Part shown: positions 1 through 10,242 of the stretch, piece by piece
Layout of the letters: each line of letters starts with the position of its first letter
Numbering within the stretch: the stretch's first letter is position 1
From: Minisyncoccota bacterium
GTDB lineage: Bacteria > Patescibacteriota > Minisyncoccia > Phycocordibacterales > UBA9973
DNA: 64,000 nt
Direction of reading: 5' to 3'
NCBI GenBank assembly: GCA_041666045.1
Contig: JBAYHR010000003.1
Coordinates: 2,208-66,207 of the forward strand
Made by a program: the position numbers and the translations under genes
Notes under the pieces: generated by a model
Database searches by the model: none
The model's input: the letters and a program-made list of their open reading frames with translations, nothing else
What the model was told of the DNA's origin: nothing

Positions 1-37
1 TTGGAATAAAAATATAAGTAAAGGAGAGAAAGAAGCT

Positions 38-571
38 ATGAAAAAGGCTTTTAGTGATAAGTTTGATGAAATTGAAAAAAATCCAAAATTAAAAAAAATT
101 GAGGATTTTGAATCAGCAAGTAAAGAAATTATTGCTTTAAGCGAAGAAATAAAGAAATTGAAAAATGAAATTAAAAAATTGCAAGATGATATAGAATTGA
201 TTGTAAAAAATTCAAATAGCAATGATTATCAGGAAACAATAAATATTACTGGACTTAAATTTAAAAAAATTGGAAATATAGAAGGAAAAATAGAGCGATT
301 AAGTGAAGAATTATGGATTGCAATGATGCAAGGTGAAAGAATAAATAAAATAGAATTGAAAACTATAAAGTCCAAATTAGAACAAGAAATAGTAAACTTG
401 GAAAAGGAAATACAAAAATTGGAAAAAGGTGAGATAAATTCTAATTTTGATAAAGAATTTCAAGAAATAAGAAATTTAAAGCAGACAAAGATAAATGAGA
501 AGGAAAAGAAAGAAAAAAAACTAAAAAAAATAGAAGATTATTTAATTATAGGTAGAGAAAAACAAAATTAG
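38..571 (+). CDS. hypothetical coiled-coil protein, K/E-rich
   Basis: 177-aa ORF with SD-like aaggagag upstream. Heptad-like K/E/I/L repeats and no recognisable catalytic motif. Confidence 0.45.
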   Translation: MKKAFSDKFDEIEKNPKLKKIEDFESASKEIIALSEEIKKLKNEIKKLQDDIELIVKNSNSNDYQETINITGLKFKKIGNIEGKIERLSEELWIAMMQGERINKIELKTIKSKLEQEIVNLEKEIQKLEKGEINSNFDKEFQEIRNLKQTKINEKEKKEKKLKKIEDYLIIGREKQN

Positions 572-619
572 ATTTTAAATTTCTAAGTAAGAAATTAACG
601 TTTCTAACGTCTATATATT

Positions 620-1123
620 GTGGAAACTGTAAACACAAATGAGTCTTTTATAAAAGCATATGATGAGTTTTCTGATGCGATATTTAGGCATTGTTTCTTT
701 AAGCTAAGCAATAGGGAACAGGCTAAAGATGCCATGCAAGATATTTTTATGAAGACTTGGGAATATGTATCTAAAAAAGGAGAGATTCGGAATATAAAGG
801 CTTTTCTTTATCATGTAGCAAACAATTTGATTATAGATCAATATAGAAAAAGAAAATATGATTCTTCAATAGAAGAAATGAAAGAGACTGGTTTTGAAAT
901 TGTTTCTAATGATCATAAAAACATTTTTAATTTTTCAGAAGTTAGAAATATTTTAGAAATAATTGAAAAATTAGAACCGATTTATAAAGATGTTTTGATT
1001 TTCAGATATGTTGACGATCTATCACCAAAAGAAATCGCAGAGATTTTAAATGAATCAGAAAATGTGATATCAGTAAGATTAAATAGGGGAATAAAGAAAG
1101 TGCAAGAATTTTTTAATAAATAA
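620..1123 (+). CDS. RNA polymerase sigma factor, ECF (sigma-70 regions 2 and 4)
   Basis: Region 2-like FxxxYxxxxxxxxxxL...LIIDQYRKRK and region 4 HTH SPKEIAEILNESENVISVRLNRGIKKV. Size of 167 aa is typical for ECF sigma factors. GTG start. Confidence 0.8.
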   Translation: METVNTNESFIKAYDEFSDAIFRHCFFKLSNREQAKDAMQDIFMKTWEYVSKKGEIRNIKAFLYHVANNLIIDQYRKRKYDSSIEEMKETGFEIVSNDHKNIFNFSEVRNILEIIEKLEPIYKDVLIFRYVDDLSPKEIAEILNESENVISVRLNRGIKKVQEFFNK

Positions 1124-1127
1124 AATT

Positions 1128-2021
1128 ATGGATAAAATTTTAGAAAAATTAAATACAGTAAATACAGAAGCAAAGAAAATATTTTTAACTAAAGAAGAGA
1201 AATCTTCTGTTAGAAATATTTTAATTTCATATTCGCAAAAATCTCCATTCATAAATGAAAAAGAAGTAAAAGAAATAAGACAATTTAGCGTATTATCAAG
1301 TTATTCATTTTTAAGAAATAGAAGATTGGCAATTTCAGTATTTGTAATCATATTGCTTGTATTAGGTGGTGGTACATCTTATGCGGCAGAAGGATCTTTG
1401 CCAGGAGATATGCTTTATTCAATAAAAGTAAATGTTAATGAAAAAATTGTTGGTTTAAAAGCTTTTACCCCAGAAGCTAAAGCTAAATTTAATACAAAGA
1501 TTATTAAAAAAAGGTTAGAAGAGGCTGATAAATTAGCTTTTAATGGTAAATTAAATGAAGTTAATAAAGAAAAAATTACAAAAGGTTTAGAAAAAGCATC
1601 TAAAGAATTAGATGAAGATTTGTCAAAATTGATTGATAAAAAAGATTTTAAAAATATTTCTGATGTAAATTCTGTTTTAAAAATATCTCTTGATGGGCAT
1701 AAAAAGTCTTTAGAAGAAAAGACAAAACAACACCCTATTTCTAAAGATAATATTGATTTTATATTAAAAAAAATAGATGAAAAATCGGATGAAAATAAAG
1801 AAGTAAAAGAAGACGTTGATTCATTTGAAGAAGAGGATGGATTTTTAAATGAGATAAATTATAAAGATGATCAAAATGAAATAAAAGATTTAGAAAAAAG
1901 CAATCTAGAAATAGAAAAAGAAATTTTAAATATTACAAAGGTTAAAGATAGAAAGTTTATTAAAGAAAAAGTAATAAAAATAAACAAAGAGGATATCAAA
2001 AAACAATTTGAAAATAATTAG
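1128..2021 (+). CDS. putative membrane-anchored anti-sigma factor / DUF5667-like protein
   Basis: Starts 4 nt after the ECF sigma gene. Has a short N-terminal cytoplasmic part, a single TM segment (ISVFVIILLVLGGG) and a K/E-rich extracytoplasmic part. Function inferred from position only. Confidence 0.45.
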   Translation: MDKILEKLNTVNTEAKKIFLTKEEKSSVRNILISYSQKSPFINEKEVKEIRQFSVLSSYSFLRNRRLAISVFVIILLVLGGGTSYAAEGSLPGDMLYSIKVNVNEKIVGLKAFTPEAKAKFNTKIIKKRLEEADKLAFNGKLNEVNKEKITKGLEKASKELDEDLSKLIDKKDFKNISDVNSVLKISLDGHKKSLEEKTKQHPISKDNIDFILKKIDEKSDENKEVKEDVDSFEEEDGFLNEINYKDDQNEIKDLEKSNLEIEKEILNITKVKDRKFIKEKVIKINKEDIKKQFENN

Positions 2022-2048
2022 TTTATAAAAAACAAAAGAGTAATTTAT

Positions 2049-2726
2049 TTAATGCGCTACTGCAAAAGCAATAATTTTCTTTGCTCCAGCTTGTTTTAGA
2101 ATTTTTTTTGCTTCATTTAATGTTGCGCCAGTTGTAGACACATCATCTATTAGTATTATGTTTTTATTTTTTATTTTTTCAGGATTTTTAATAGAAAAAG
2201 AATCAGTAAGATTTTTTAATCTTTCATTGCGATTTTTAATACTAGCTTGGTGTTTTGTATCTTTTTGTTTTATTAAAACATTAGTTTCTAATTTTAAATT
2301 TTTATCTAATTTAATTAATTCATTGCAAATCACTTCAGCTTGATTAAATCCGCGTTCACGTTTTCTTTTTGGCGCTAGTGGGATAGGTATTAATATTGGA
2401 TCTTTAAAATTTTCAAATGTCATTAAATCTGAAAGTTCTTCAATAATTCTATCGTACATAATTGTTGCAAAAATAGTTCCAAGTCTTTTTTTACCTTTAT
2501 ATTTTAAAAACCATATGGATTTTTTTACTAATGGATCATGATAATCAAAAATCGGATATATCCATTTATAATCTATGTATTCTGCTGATGAACAATTAGA
2601 AAGACACTCTAGGCATAAATCCATTCCACTTTTCCCACAAGAAATACAATATACAGGAAAAATTATATCTAATATTGTGTTTAAAAAATTCATTATATAT
2701 GTTATACTTAATATGTATTTTATCAT
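2049..2726 (-). CDS. comFC: ComF family protein (ComFC-like phosphoribosyltransferase-fold competence protein)
   Basis: N-terminal CxxC...CxxC zinc finger (CISCGKS...CLECLSNC). C-terminal PRTase-type motif IILIDDVSTTGATL. Divergent from pilM. Confidence 0.8.
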   Translation of the reverse strand: MIKYILSITYIMNFLNTILDIIFPVYCISCGKSGMDLCLECLSNCSSAEYIDYKWIYPIFDYHDPLVKKSIWFLKYKGKKRLGTIFATIMYDRIIEELSDLMTFENFKDPILIPIPLAPKRKRERGFNQAEVICNELIKLDKNLKLETNVLIKQKDTKHQASIKNRNERLKNLTDSFSIKNPEKIKNKNIILIDDVSTTGATLNEAKKILKQAGAKKIIAFAVAH

Positions 2727-2735
2727 AAATTAAAC

Positions 2736-3863
2736 ATGGACAATCCGTTTAAAAAAATTTTTTCAAGTTCCAATTTGTTTGGAGATGGTTCGGGTGGTAG
2801 TGCTGTAGGAATAGACATCGGTTCTTCTGCTATCAAGATAGTTGAAATAAAAACAAAAGGGGGGAAAGCCATACTTGAAACTTATGGAATTGTATCACTT
2901 GGTTCTTATGCTGATCTTGATAATGGCCGTGTTACCAATCTTACATCTGATAAAGTTATAGAAGCTCTTAAGGAAGTTCTTAAACAATCAGGTGTGACTA
3001 CAACATCTGTTGCTCTTTCAATACCAGTTAAATCAAGTTTAATTTTTACCATTGAATTACCATCTCAAATTAAAGAAAGTGAAATAGCATCAATTATTCC
3101 AACAGAAGCCAGAAAATATATTCCAGTACCAATTACAGAAGTTTCACTTGATTATTTCGTTCTTCCCAAAAAGGAGGCTTCGTTTGAAGAAGCAAATAAT
3201 CCAGACATAAAAGTTACAGACCAAAATAAAACTGAAGTATTGGTTGTTGCCATACAAAATGAAGCTGTTTCAAAATACAGATCACTTGTTTCTGAGTGTT
3301 CTTTAGTGGCAGGATTTTTTGAAATTGAAATTTTCTCTTCTATTCGCGCAAATTTTGAACATGAACTCTCACCAGTTCTTTTAATGGATTTTGGCGCATC
3401 TTCCACGAAGCTTTCTATTGTTGAATTTGGCACTGTAAAAAGTTTTCATATTATCAATCGTGGTGGAGCAGATATAACTGATTCTATTTCTAAATCTTTA
3501 AGTATTCCTTTTTCCAAAGCTGAAGAAATGAAAAGAGAATTTGGACTTTTTGGTGATCCAGCGGAGAAAAGTTTGTCTGATATAATTAAAGTTCATACAG
3601 ACTATATCTTTTCAGAAACTAAAAATGTATTATTAGGGTATGAGAAGAAGTATGGCCGTGCTATTAGCAAGGTAATATTTTCTGGCGGGGGATCTCTCTT
3701 GAAAGGATTGAAAGAAGTAGCTGTTGATAATTTTAAAGCAGAGATAGAAGTTGGGCATCCTTTTTCTAAAGTTGGCGCGCCGGCATTTTTAGAGAAAGTT
3801 CTTTTAGCTACAGGTCCTGAATTTGCAATTGCCATAGGTTTAGCTTTGCGAAAATTACAATAA
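2736..3863 (+). CDS. pilM: type IV pilus assembly protein PilM (actin-like ATPase fold)
   Basis: N-terminal GIDIGSSAIKIVEIK motif and actin/FtsA-like fold signatures. First gene of the pilMNO-pilB cluster. Confidence 0.85.
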   Translation: MDNPFKKIFSSSNLFGDGSGGSAVGIDIGSSAIKIVEIKTKGGKAILETYGIVSLGSYADLDNGRVTNLTSDKVIEALKEVLKQSGVTTTSVALSIPVKSSLIFTIELPSQIKESEIASIIPTEARKYIPVPITEVSLDYFVLPKKEASFEEANNPDIKVTDQNKTEVLVVAIQNEAVSKYRSLVSECSLVAGFFEIEIFSSIRANFEHELSPVLLMDFGASSTKLSIVEFGTVKSFHIINRGGADITDSISKSLSIPFSKAEEMKREFGLFGDPAEKSLSDIIKVHTDYIFSETKNVLLGYEKKYGRAISKVIFSGGGSLLKGLKEVAVDNFKAEIEVGHPFSKVGAPAFLEKVLLATGPEFAIAIGLALRKLQ

Positions 3864-3885
3864 AGTGAGATAATATAATGAAGGT

Positions 3886-4482
3886 ATGGAACAAAATTTT
3901 CAAACATCATTTATACCAAAGAAACCAATGATTGAAGAACGTGTGACTTCTGCGCGTCCAGTTGGGCTTTTGACCGTTGTTTCTATTTTTATTTTTTTCA
4001 CTGTTGTTATCGCTTCTGGAGGACTTTATTTTTACAAAGGAGTTTTAGAAAAAAATATTGTAAAAATGAATAGTGATTTAACTTTAGCTAAAAATCGTTT
4101 TGAACCTGCAAAAATAACTCAGCTTCAAGTTTTAGATAAGCGTTTAAGTGCAGCGGATTCAATACTTTCAAAACATATAGCAGTTTCTCCTATTTTTAAA
4201 GCGCTTCAAGATACCACAATGAAGAATGTTCGTTATACAAAATTTAGTTATGAGTTTAGCACAGACAAAGTTTCAAATGTGATAGTAAAAATGAGTGGTC
4301 AAGCTGTTGGATATCGCTCTATTGCGCTTCAGTCTGATATTTTTGCAAAAAATAAATATTTTATTGATCCAGTTTTTTCCAATCTTTCACTTGATGATAA
4401 AGGCAATGTTCTTTTTGATTTGGAGTTTTCGGTCGACCCAAGTTTTGTAGATTATAAACAAACGCTCTTGAGCGAAAATTAA
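3886..4482 (+). CDS. pilN: PilN-like pilus assembly protein
   Basis: Short cytoplasmic N-terminus, single TM (LLTVVSIFIFFTVVIASGGL) and a periplasmic coiled coil. Position immediately after pilM. Confidence 0.6.
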   Translation: MEQNFQTSFIPKKPMIEERVTSARPVGLLTVVSIFIFFTVVIASGGLYFYKGVLEKNIVKMNSDLTLAKNRFEPAKITQLQVLDKRLSAADSILSKHIAVSPIFKALQDTTMKNVRYTKFSYEFSTDKVSNVIVKMSGQAVGYRSIALQSDIFAKNKYFIDPVFSNLSLDDKGNVLFDLEFSVDPSFVDYKQTLLSEN

Positions 4483-4484
4483 TT

Positions 4485-5096
4485 ATGTTTAGATTCACAG
4501 TACCAGTCATTTTAATAGGAATTGCCATAGGAGGATTTTTTATGTTTACAAATCCGCTTTATAAAAATATTTCTGTGATTAATGCGCAGGTAACATCTTA
4601 TAATGAAGCGCTTACCAATTCTAAAACGCTTGAAGCAGAACGGGATAAATTAACTCAAAAATATAATGCATTTGATCCAGAAAATTTATCAAAACTTGAA
4701 AAACTTTTACCCGACAATGTTGATAATATTCGTTTAATTCTTGAAATAGAAAAAATAGCGTCGCCTTACGGAATGGTTTTAAAAGATGTTAAATATGACA
4801 CTATGTCTAAAGCGAAAATTGATGTAACTGGCGTTAATTTAAAAAATGCAGTTCAAAACAGTGCTACGGCTCAATCATTAAATAAAGATTATGGAACTTG
4901 GGATTTAGAATTTTCTACGCAAGGCACTTATAATAATTTTATTAATTTTATAAAAGACTTAGAAAGCAATCTTAGAATTGTTGATATATCTTCAATTCAG
5001 TTTGATTCAAATGTTAATATAGGAGCGAATGCGAATATTTCTTCTGGAGTATATAAATATGGATTTAAAATTAAAACTTATTGGTTAAAAAATTAA
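4485..5096 (+). CDS. pilO: PilO-like pilus assembly protein
   Basis: N-terminal TM followed by a coiled coil. Position between the pilN-like gene and pilB. Confidence 0.55.
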   Translation: MFRFTVPVILIGIAIGGFFMFTNPLYKNISVINAQVTSYNEALTNSKTLEAERDKLTQKYNAFDPENLSKLEKLLPDNVDNIRLILEIEKIASPYGMVLKDVKYDTMSKAKIDVTGVNLKNAVQNSATAQSLNKDYGTWDLEFSTQGTYNNFINFIKDLESNLRIVDISSIQFDSNVNIGANANISSGVYKYGFKIKTYWLKN

Positions 5097-5097
5097 A

Positions 5098-5532
5098 ATG
5101 GCTTCTATAATAAAAAACATAATAATTTTCATAGTAATTGCGGCAGCTCTAATTCTTGCTTATACTTTTTTCTTTAAAAAATCTCCAGATCAGGCTTCTT
5201 TAGTTTCAACTACTGGCGCAACTGTTTTGCCAACTGCTTCAACTGATCAAAATTCTGAAATAGGAAAAGATTTTCTTTCAGTCCTTTTAAATGTTAAAAA
5301 ACTAAGGTTAGACGATACTATTTTTTCAGATCCAGCATTCAATACCTTGCACGATTCAAGCATTTTACTTATTCCAGATGGGACTGAAGGGAGACCAAAT
5401 CCATTTGCCCCAATAGGATCTGATCTAATCGCTACACCTATAAATTCTTTAAGTACACAAACGCAATCTATAATAGAAAATTTAACAAATCCACAAGGTC
5501 AAACTCCACCTGCAACTGGAATAGTAAATTAA
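5098..5532 (+). CDS. small membrane protein of the pilus operon (PilP-like?)
   Basis: N-terminal TM (IIIFIVIAAALILAYTFFF) and a Pro/Thr-rich C-terminus. Role inferred from operon context only. Confidence 0.35.
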   Translation: MASIIKNIIIFIVIAAALILAYTFFFKKSPDQASLVSTTGATVLPTASTDQNSEIGKDFLSVLLNVKKLRLDDTIFSDPAFNTLHDSSILLIPDGTEGRPNPFAPIGSDLIATPINSLSTQTQSIIENLTNPQGQTPPATGIVN

Positions 5533-5539
5533 ATAAATT

Positions 5540-7288
5540 ATGAGTTTTTTAGAAGAATTAGCAAAAAAGGGGATAATAAACGAGACTCAAATAGGTGAAA
5601 TTAAAAATCGTGCAAAAGAAAAGCATGATGGTAATGTTTATGACGCATTGGCTGAATCTGGGATATCGGAAGATGTAATTTTAGAAATTAAAGGAGAATA
5701 TTTTCAAATACCAACAAAGAAAGTAAATGCAAAAGCTGTATCTTTTGATGTGTTAAAAAATATTCCAGAAGATTCAGCTATTTATTATAATTTTGTTCCA
5801 CTTGATTTAAAAGATGGAGTATTGGAAGTGGGAGTAATAAATCCTGAAAATATTCAAGCAATGGATGCTCTGCAATTTATTTCTGCAAAATTAGGCATTC
5901 CTTTTAAAATTTTCCTTATTTCTAAAAAAGATTATACAGATGTGATGGAAAATTATAAAGGTCTTTCAAGTCAAGTAAGTGAAGCTCTGGATGAATTAAA
6001 TGAAGATGTTGCAGATATAAAAGTTTCAGATGAAGCTCTTAAATTAAGCAAAGATATAAAAGATGTGAAACCTGGAGAAGAAGTAAAAATTATAGAAGAT
6101 GCGCCAGTTATAAAAATTGTTGCTGTTATACTTCGCAATGCCATAGAAGGGAATGCTTCCGACATACATATAGAATTTACAGGAGAGAAAGTAAAAGTTC
6201 GTTATCGTGTGGACGGTTCTTTGCATACCAGTATTGTTTTACCTCCAAATGTTTATAGCGGGGTAGTGGCGCGTATAAAAATTCTTGCAAAATTGCGTTT
6301 AGATGAAAAAAGAAAACCGCAAGACGGATCTTTTAGCGCAAATATTGATGGACGCAAGATAGATTTTCGTGTATCTACGATGCCAGCATATTATGGAGAG
6401 AAAGTTGTAATGCGTATTTTAGATTCTGAAAAAGGAGTAAAACCGTTAGATCAACTTGGTTTGTCAAAAAGAAATCTTGAAATGATTAGAGAATCTATTA
6501 AAAAACCTTATGGATTAATTTTAATTACAGGTCCTACTGGTTCTGGAAAATCTACAACTTTATATTCTATGATGAATGAATTAGATAAAGAAAAAAGCAA
6601 TATTGTGTCATTAGAAGATCCAGTGGAATATCATATGCCAGATATTAATCAATCACAAATGATGCCTGAAATTGGTTATACATTTGCATCAGGACTTCGT
6701 TCAATTCTTCGTCAAGATCCAGATGTAATAATGGTTGGAGAAATTCGTGATAAAGAAACAGCTCAACTTGCTATTCAAGCAGCGCTTACCGGACATCTTG
6801 TTCTTTCAACATTGCACACGAATAATGCTATCGGTGCAGTTCCTCGTCTTGTTGATATGGGAGTTGATCCATATTTAATTGCTCCAACTTTAATTCTTTC
6901 CGTTGCTCAAAGATTATCAAGAATGACTTGCGCTTCTTCTAAAAAACTTATACCAATGGATGAAAGTATAAAAATTCAAATTAAAGATCAAATGAAAGAT
7001 TTGCCAGACGAATTTAAGAAAGAAATTGAAATAAAAAGTGAAATGTATGAAACTGTGCCATCTCCAGAATGTCCTTCTGGCACTAGAGGACGTATTGCTG
7101 TTTATGAAATGTTTAAAATAGATAAAGAAATGCAGAATGTAATTTTGAAGAATCCTGTTGATTCTGAAATTTACAAAGCAGCTCGCAATAATGGCATGCT
7201 TCTAATGAGAGAAGATGCAATGTTGAAAGCTGTTGATGGTATTATTCCTTTTACAGAGGTTTATAATTTTGGCAATGAAAATGAATAA
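5540..7288 (+). CDS. pilB: type IV pilus assembly ATPase PilB (GspE family)
   Basis: Walker A GPTGSGKSTT, Asp box, His box (LSTLHTN) and a tetracysteine-like CxxC region. N-terminal GspII_E-like domain. Confidence 0.9.
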   Translation: MSFLEELAKKGIINETQIGEIKNRAKEKHDGNVYDALAESGISEDVILEIKGEYFQIPTKKVNAKAVSFDVLKNIPEDSAIYYNFVPLDLKDGVLEVGVINPENIQAMDALQFISAKLGIPFKIFLISKKDYTDVMENYKGLSSQVSEALDELNEDVADIKVSDEALKLSKDIKDVKPGEEVKIIEDAPVIKIVAVILRNAIEGNASDIHIEFTGEKVKVRYRVDGSLHTSIVLPPNVYSGVVARIKILAKLRLDEKRKPQDGSFSANIDGRKIDFRVSTMPAYYGEKVVMRILDSEKGVKPLDQLGLSKRNLEMIRESIKKPYGLILITGPTGSGKSTTLYSMMNELDKEKSNIVSLEDPVEYHMPDINQSQMMPEIGYTFASGLRSILRQDPDVIMVGEIRDKETAQLAIQAALTGHLVLSTLHTNNAIGAVPRLVDMGVDPYLIAPTLILSVAQRLSRMTCASSKKLIPMDESIKIQIKDQMKDLPDEFKKEIEIKSEMYETVPSPECPSGTRGRIAVYEMFKIDKEMQNVILKNPVDSEIYKAARNNGMLLMREDAMLKAVDGIIPFTEVYNFGNENE

Positions 7289-7327
7289 TTACCTTTTAAA
7301 ATAGTCCTTGCTGATACTTATGTAAGT

Positions 7328-7336
7328 TGATATAAT
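7328..7336 (+). promoter_or_regulatory. extended -10 element TGATATAAT
   Basis: Recurrent 9-mer upstream of the response-regulator/pilT/pilC block. The same 9-mer occurs at 10158, 11339 and 17403. Confidence 0.45.
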
Positions 7337-7406
7337 TTAAGTTGAAGTTGTTAACAAAATATTTAGTTAAAAGTCGTTTTTTATTATAAAATTAAAATAT
7401 AAATAT

Positions 7407-7790
7407 ATGGAAGAAAAAAATAGAAAAATTTTAATAGTTGATGATGATAGTTTTCTTTTGGATATGTATGCGCTTAAATTCAGTCAGAATAATTTTGAAG
7501 TTCATACGGCTCCAAGTGGTAAAAATGCATTAGAACAATTACAAAGTGGTATTAGCCCAGATGTTATTTTATTAGATATAATTATGCCAGAGATGGATGG
7601 TTTTGAAATGCTTAAGAATATTAATGATAAAAAATTATCACCAAATTCTGTGAAGATAATCCTTTCAAACAAGGGTCAGCAATCTGATATTGATCAAGGA
7701 GTTAGTTTAGGAGTATCAGGATATATAGTGAAAGCAAATTCTACGCCAGCAGAAGTTATAGACCAAGTGATGGGAATTTTAAAAAAATAA
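7407..7790 (+). CDS. single-domain response regulator (CheY/PilH-like receiver)
   Basis: ILIVDDDSFLLDMY ... DVILLDIIMPEMDGFEML ... K near the C-terminus. No output domain. Confidence 0.8.
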   Translation: MEEKNRKILIVDDDSFLLDMYALKFSQNNFEVHTAPSGKNALEQLQSGISPDVILLDIIMPEMDGFEMLKNINDKKLSPNSVKIILSNKGQQSDIDQGVSLGVSGYIVKANSTPAEVIDQVMGILKK

Positions 7791-7817
7791 ATTTATTTTT
7801 AAAAATAAAAAATAATA

Positions 7818-8879
7818 ATGATGGATTATAAAAAAGAGCTTGAAGAACTTATATTAACTGTTATCCATGAAAATGGATCTGATTTGCATTTAGGTGCTTT
7901 GCGTGTGCCTGCTATTCGTGTTTCTGGTGAACTGATTTTTCTTGTTAAGCATCCTGTTTTTACAAAAGAAGATATGGTTGGTGTTTTAGGTGAGGTGTTA
8001 GATAAAAATAAAATAAATATATTTATGAAAAATCAGGAAATTGATTTTTCATATGATTTTCGTGGTGAGGCGCGACTTCGTGGTAATGCTTTTTTCCAAA
8101 AAGGATTAATTAGTATAGCTTTCCGATTGGTTCCAAAAGTAAAACCTTTGTCAGAATTGCATTTACCAGAAATTATTTCTGATTTAGCTAGAAAGAAACA
8201 AGGTTTTTTCTTAGTAGTTGGACCTGTTGGTTCTGGAAAATCTACTACATTATCTTCTATGATTAATTTAATTAATAATGAACAAGCTCGGCATATTATT
8301 ACTATTGAAGATCCGATTGAACATGTATACGTGCCTAAAAAATCTATAATTGATCAACGTGAAGTAAATATTGATACAAGTGATTTTCATACAGCACTCA
8401 AATCTGTTTTTCGTGAAGATGTGAATGTGATAATGATAGGAGAGATGCGCACACCTGAAACAATTTCAACAGCTGTAACTGCGGCAGAAACTGGGCACCT
8501 TGTCCTTTCTACATTACATACTAATAATGCTTCTCAAACGATAGATAGAATTATAGATTCTTTTCCGGGTAGTCAACAAGATCAAATCAGAGTTCAGCTT
8601 GCATCAAGTTTGCTTGGAATATTTTCTCAAAGACTTATACCAAGAATAGCTGGTGGTCTTGTTCCTGCTTATGAACTTCTTTTAAATAATAATGCTGTTT
8701 CTAATTTAATTCGTGAAAAACGTACACATGAAATAGACGTAGTTATAGAAACTGGTTTAGAGTCAGGAATGGTAGATTTAAATCGTTCGCTTTTGGAGCT
8801 TGTTAGAGCTGGTGAAATTTCAATAGAGAGTGCTTATCAATATTCGCTTAATCCAAAAGGACTTGAGCGTTTAATGTAA
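7818..8879 (+). CDS. pilT: twitching motility / pilus retraction ATPase PilT
   Basis: Walker A GPVGSGKSTT, LSTLHTN His box, and a length (353 aa) typical of PilT. Confidence 0.9.
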   Translation: MMDYKKELEELILTVIHENGSDLHLGALRVPAIRVSGELIFLVKHPVFTKEDMVGVLGEVLDKNKINIFMKNQEIDFSYDFRGEARLRGNAFFQKGLISIAFRLVPKVKPLSELHLPEIISDLARKKQGFFLVVGPVGSGKSTTLSSMINLINNEQARHIITIEDPIEHVYVPKKSIIDQREVNIDTSDFHTALKSVFREDVNVIMIGEMRTPETISTAVTAAETGHLVLSTLHTNNASQTIDRIIDSFPGSQQDQIRVQLASSLLGIFSQRLIPRIAGGLVPAYELLLNNNAVSNLIREKRTHEIDVVIETGLESGMVDLNRSLLELVRAGEISIESAYQYSLNPKGLERLM

Positions 8880-8883
8880 AAAG

Positions 8884-8903
8884 ACCACAGGTCTGACCTG
8901 TGG
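8884..8903 (+). other. GC-rich perfect hairpin in the pilT-pilC intercistronic spacer
   Basis: CCACAGGTC T GACCTGTGG: 9-bp perfect stem in an AT-rich context. Confidence 0.6.
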
Positions 8904-8920
8904 AACAAAATAAAAAAATT

Positions 8921-10126
8921 ATGTTATTCAAATATAAAGCTGTAGATGATAAAGGAATAAATAAAGAAGGAGAAATTGATGCTCCTACAAAAGATATGGC
9001 GGTGAGTGGTCTTCAACGTAGGGGACTTATTATTATTTCTATTAAAGATATAAGTGAAAAGAAATCAGTTTTTAAGATTTCTTTTTTTGCAAAAGTTCCA
9101 ATGAAGGATGTGGTTATTTTATCACGTCAGATTTCAACTTTGTTTGAAGCTCAAGTTTCCGCTTTGAAAGCTTTTTCTATGTTAGCGGCTAATGTTGAAA
9201 ATAAACTTTTAGGAAGCAAGCTTACTCAAATTGGTGATGATCTACAAGCTGGCGTGTCTATTTCTGGCGCGCTTTCAAAACATCCCGATGTCTTTTCAGA
9301 TTTTTATGTAAATATGGTTAAGGCTGGAGAAGAAACTGGTAAATTAAATCAAACTTTTGCTCATTTGGCAGATTATTTAGATCGTCAATATGCTCTTACT
9401 TCTAAAACAAGGAATGCTCTTATTTATCCCGCATTTGTTGTTTTTACATTTTTTGTTGTTATGAGTCTTATGTTTGTTGTGGTTATTCCAAAACTTTCTG
9501 CTATTATTCTTGACTCTGGAGAGGCGGTGCCATTTTTTACACAAATAATTATTTGGTTGTCTGATTTTTTTGTTAATTATGGTTTTATTGTTGTAATTTT
9601 CTTTGCGCTTTTGGGAGTATGGCTATGGAGACTCTCATCAACTGAAAAAGGAAAAATATATTTGGATAAAATGCGTTTAACTACTCCTGTTATAGGAACT
9701 CTTTATAAAAAACTCTACCTTTCCAGAATGGCAGATAATATGGATACGATGCTTACTTCAGGAATTCCAATAGTTCGTGCAATAGATATTACTTCTGAAG
9801 TTGTTGGCAGTAGGACATATAAAAGAATTTTAAAAGAGACAGCAGATGGTGTAAAATCAGGTCTTGCTTTTTCTGCAACACTTGAAAAATATTCAGAAAT
9901 GCCACCGATTATGGTGCAAATGGTAAAAGTTGGAGAGGAAACAGGCGCATTAGGTTCTATTTTAAAAACTTTGGCAGATTTTTATAAAAGAGAGACAGAT
10001 GATGCAGTTGATACTCTAGTTGGTCTTATTGAGCCAGTTATGATTGTTGTGCTTGGTTTGGGAGTAGGAATTCTTTTAGTTTCTGTACTAATGCCAATTT
10101 ACAATATGGCTGGAAGTATCAGCTAA
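8921..10126 (+). CDS. pilC: type IV pilus inner-membrane platform protein PilC (GspF family)
   Basis: Two GspF repeats, FKYKA N-terminal motif and polytopic TM segments. The ORF track gives a GTG at 8900 inside a GC hairpin, but the ATG at 8921 is the likelier start. Confidence 0.85.
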   Translation: MLFKYKAVDDKGINKEGEIDAPTKDMAVSGLQRRGLIIISIKDISEKKSVFKISFFAKVPMKDVVILSRQISTLFEAQVSALKAFSMLAANVENKLLGSKLTQIGDDLQAGVSISGALSKHPDVFSDFYVNMVKAGEETGKLNQTFAHLADYLDRQYALTSKTRNALIYPAFVVFTFFVVMSLMFVVVIPKLSAIILDSGEAVPFFTQIIIWLSDFFVNYGFIVVIFFALLGVWLWRLSSTEKGKIYLDKMRLTTPVIGTLYKKLYLSRMADNMDTMLTSGIPIVRAIDITSEVVGSRTYKRILKETADGVKSGLAFSATLEKYSEMPPIMVQMVKVGEETGALGSILKTLADFYKRETDDAVDTLVGLIEPVMIVVLGLGVGILLVSVLMPIYNMAGSIS

Positions 10127-10157
10127 TAAGTGATGGTGGATTTCTTTTTTGTGTTTA

Positions 10158-10166
10158 TGATATAAT
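10158..10166 (+). promoter_or_regulatory. extended -10 element TGATATAAT upstream of pilin gene 1
   Basis: Exact 9-mer about 75 nt upstream of the pilin ATG. Confidence 0.5.
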
Positions 10167-10242
10167 GTTTACATTAAAATAAAGTCGAAATCAGCTTAGG
10201 CTGAATTATTATAAGTTTTAATTATTAGTAAAAATATAAATT

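Noticed and set aside
3771-3786. GGCGCGCCGGC GC palindrome (AscI-like) inside pilM, flanked by short TCTAAA/TTTAGA arms. It could be a tiny member of the palindromic insertion family.
   Set aside because: The arms are only 6 bp. The encoded peptide, KVGAPAFLEK, is a normal part of the PilM fold, so no insertion is evident.
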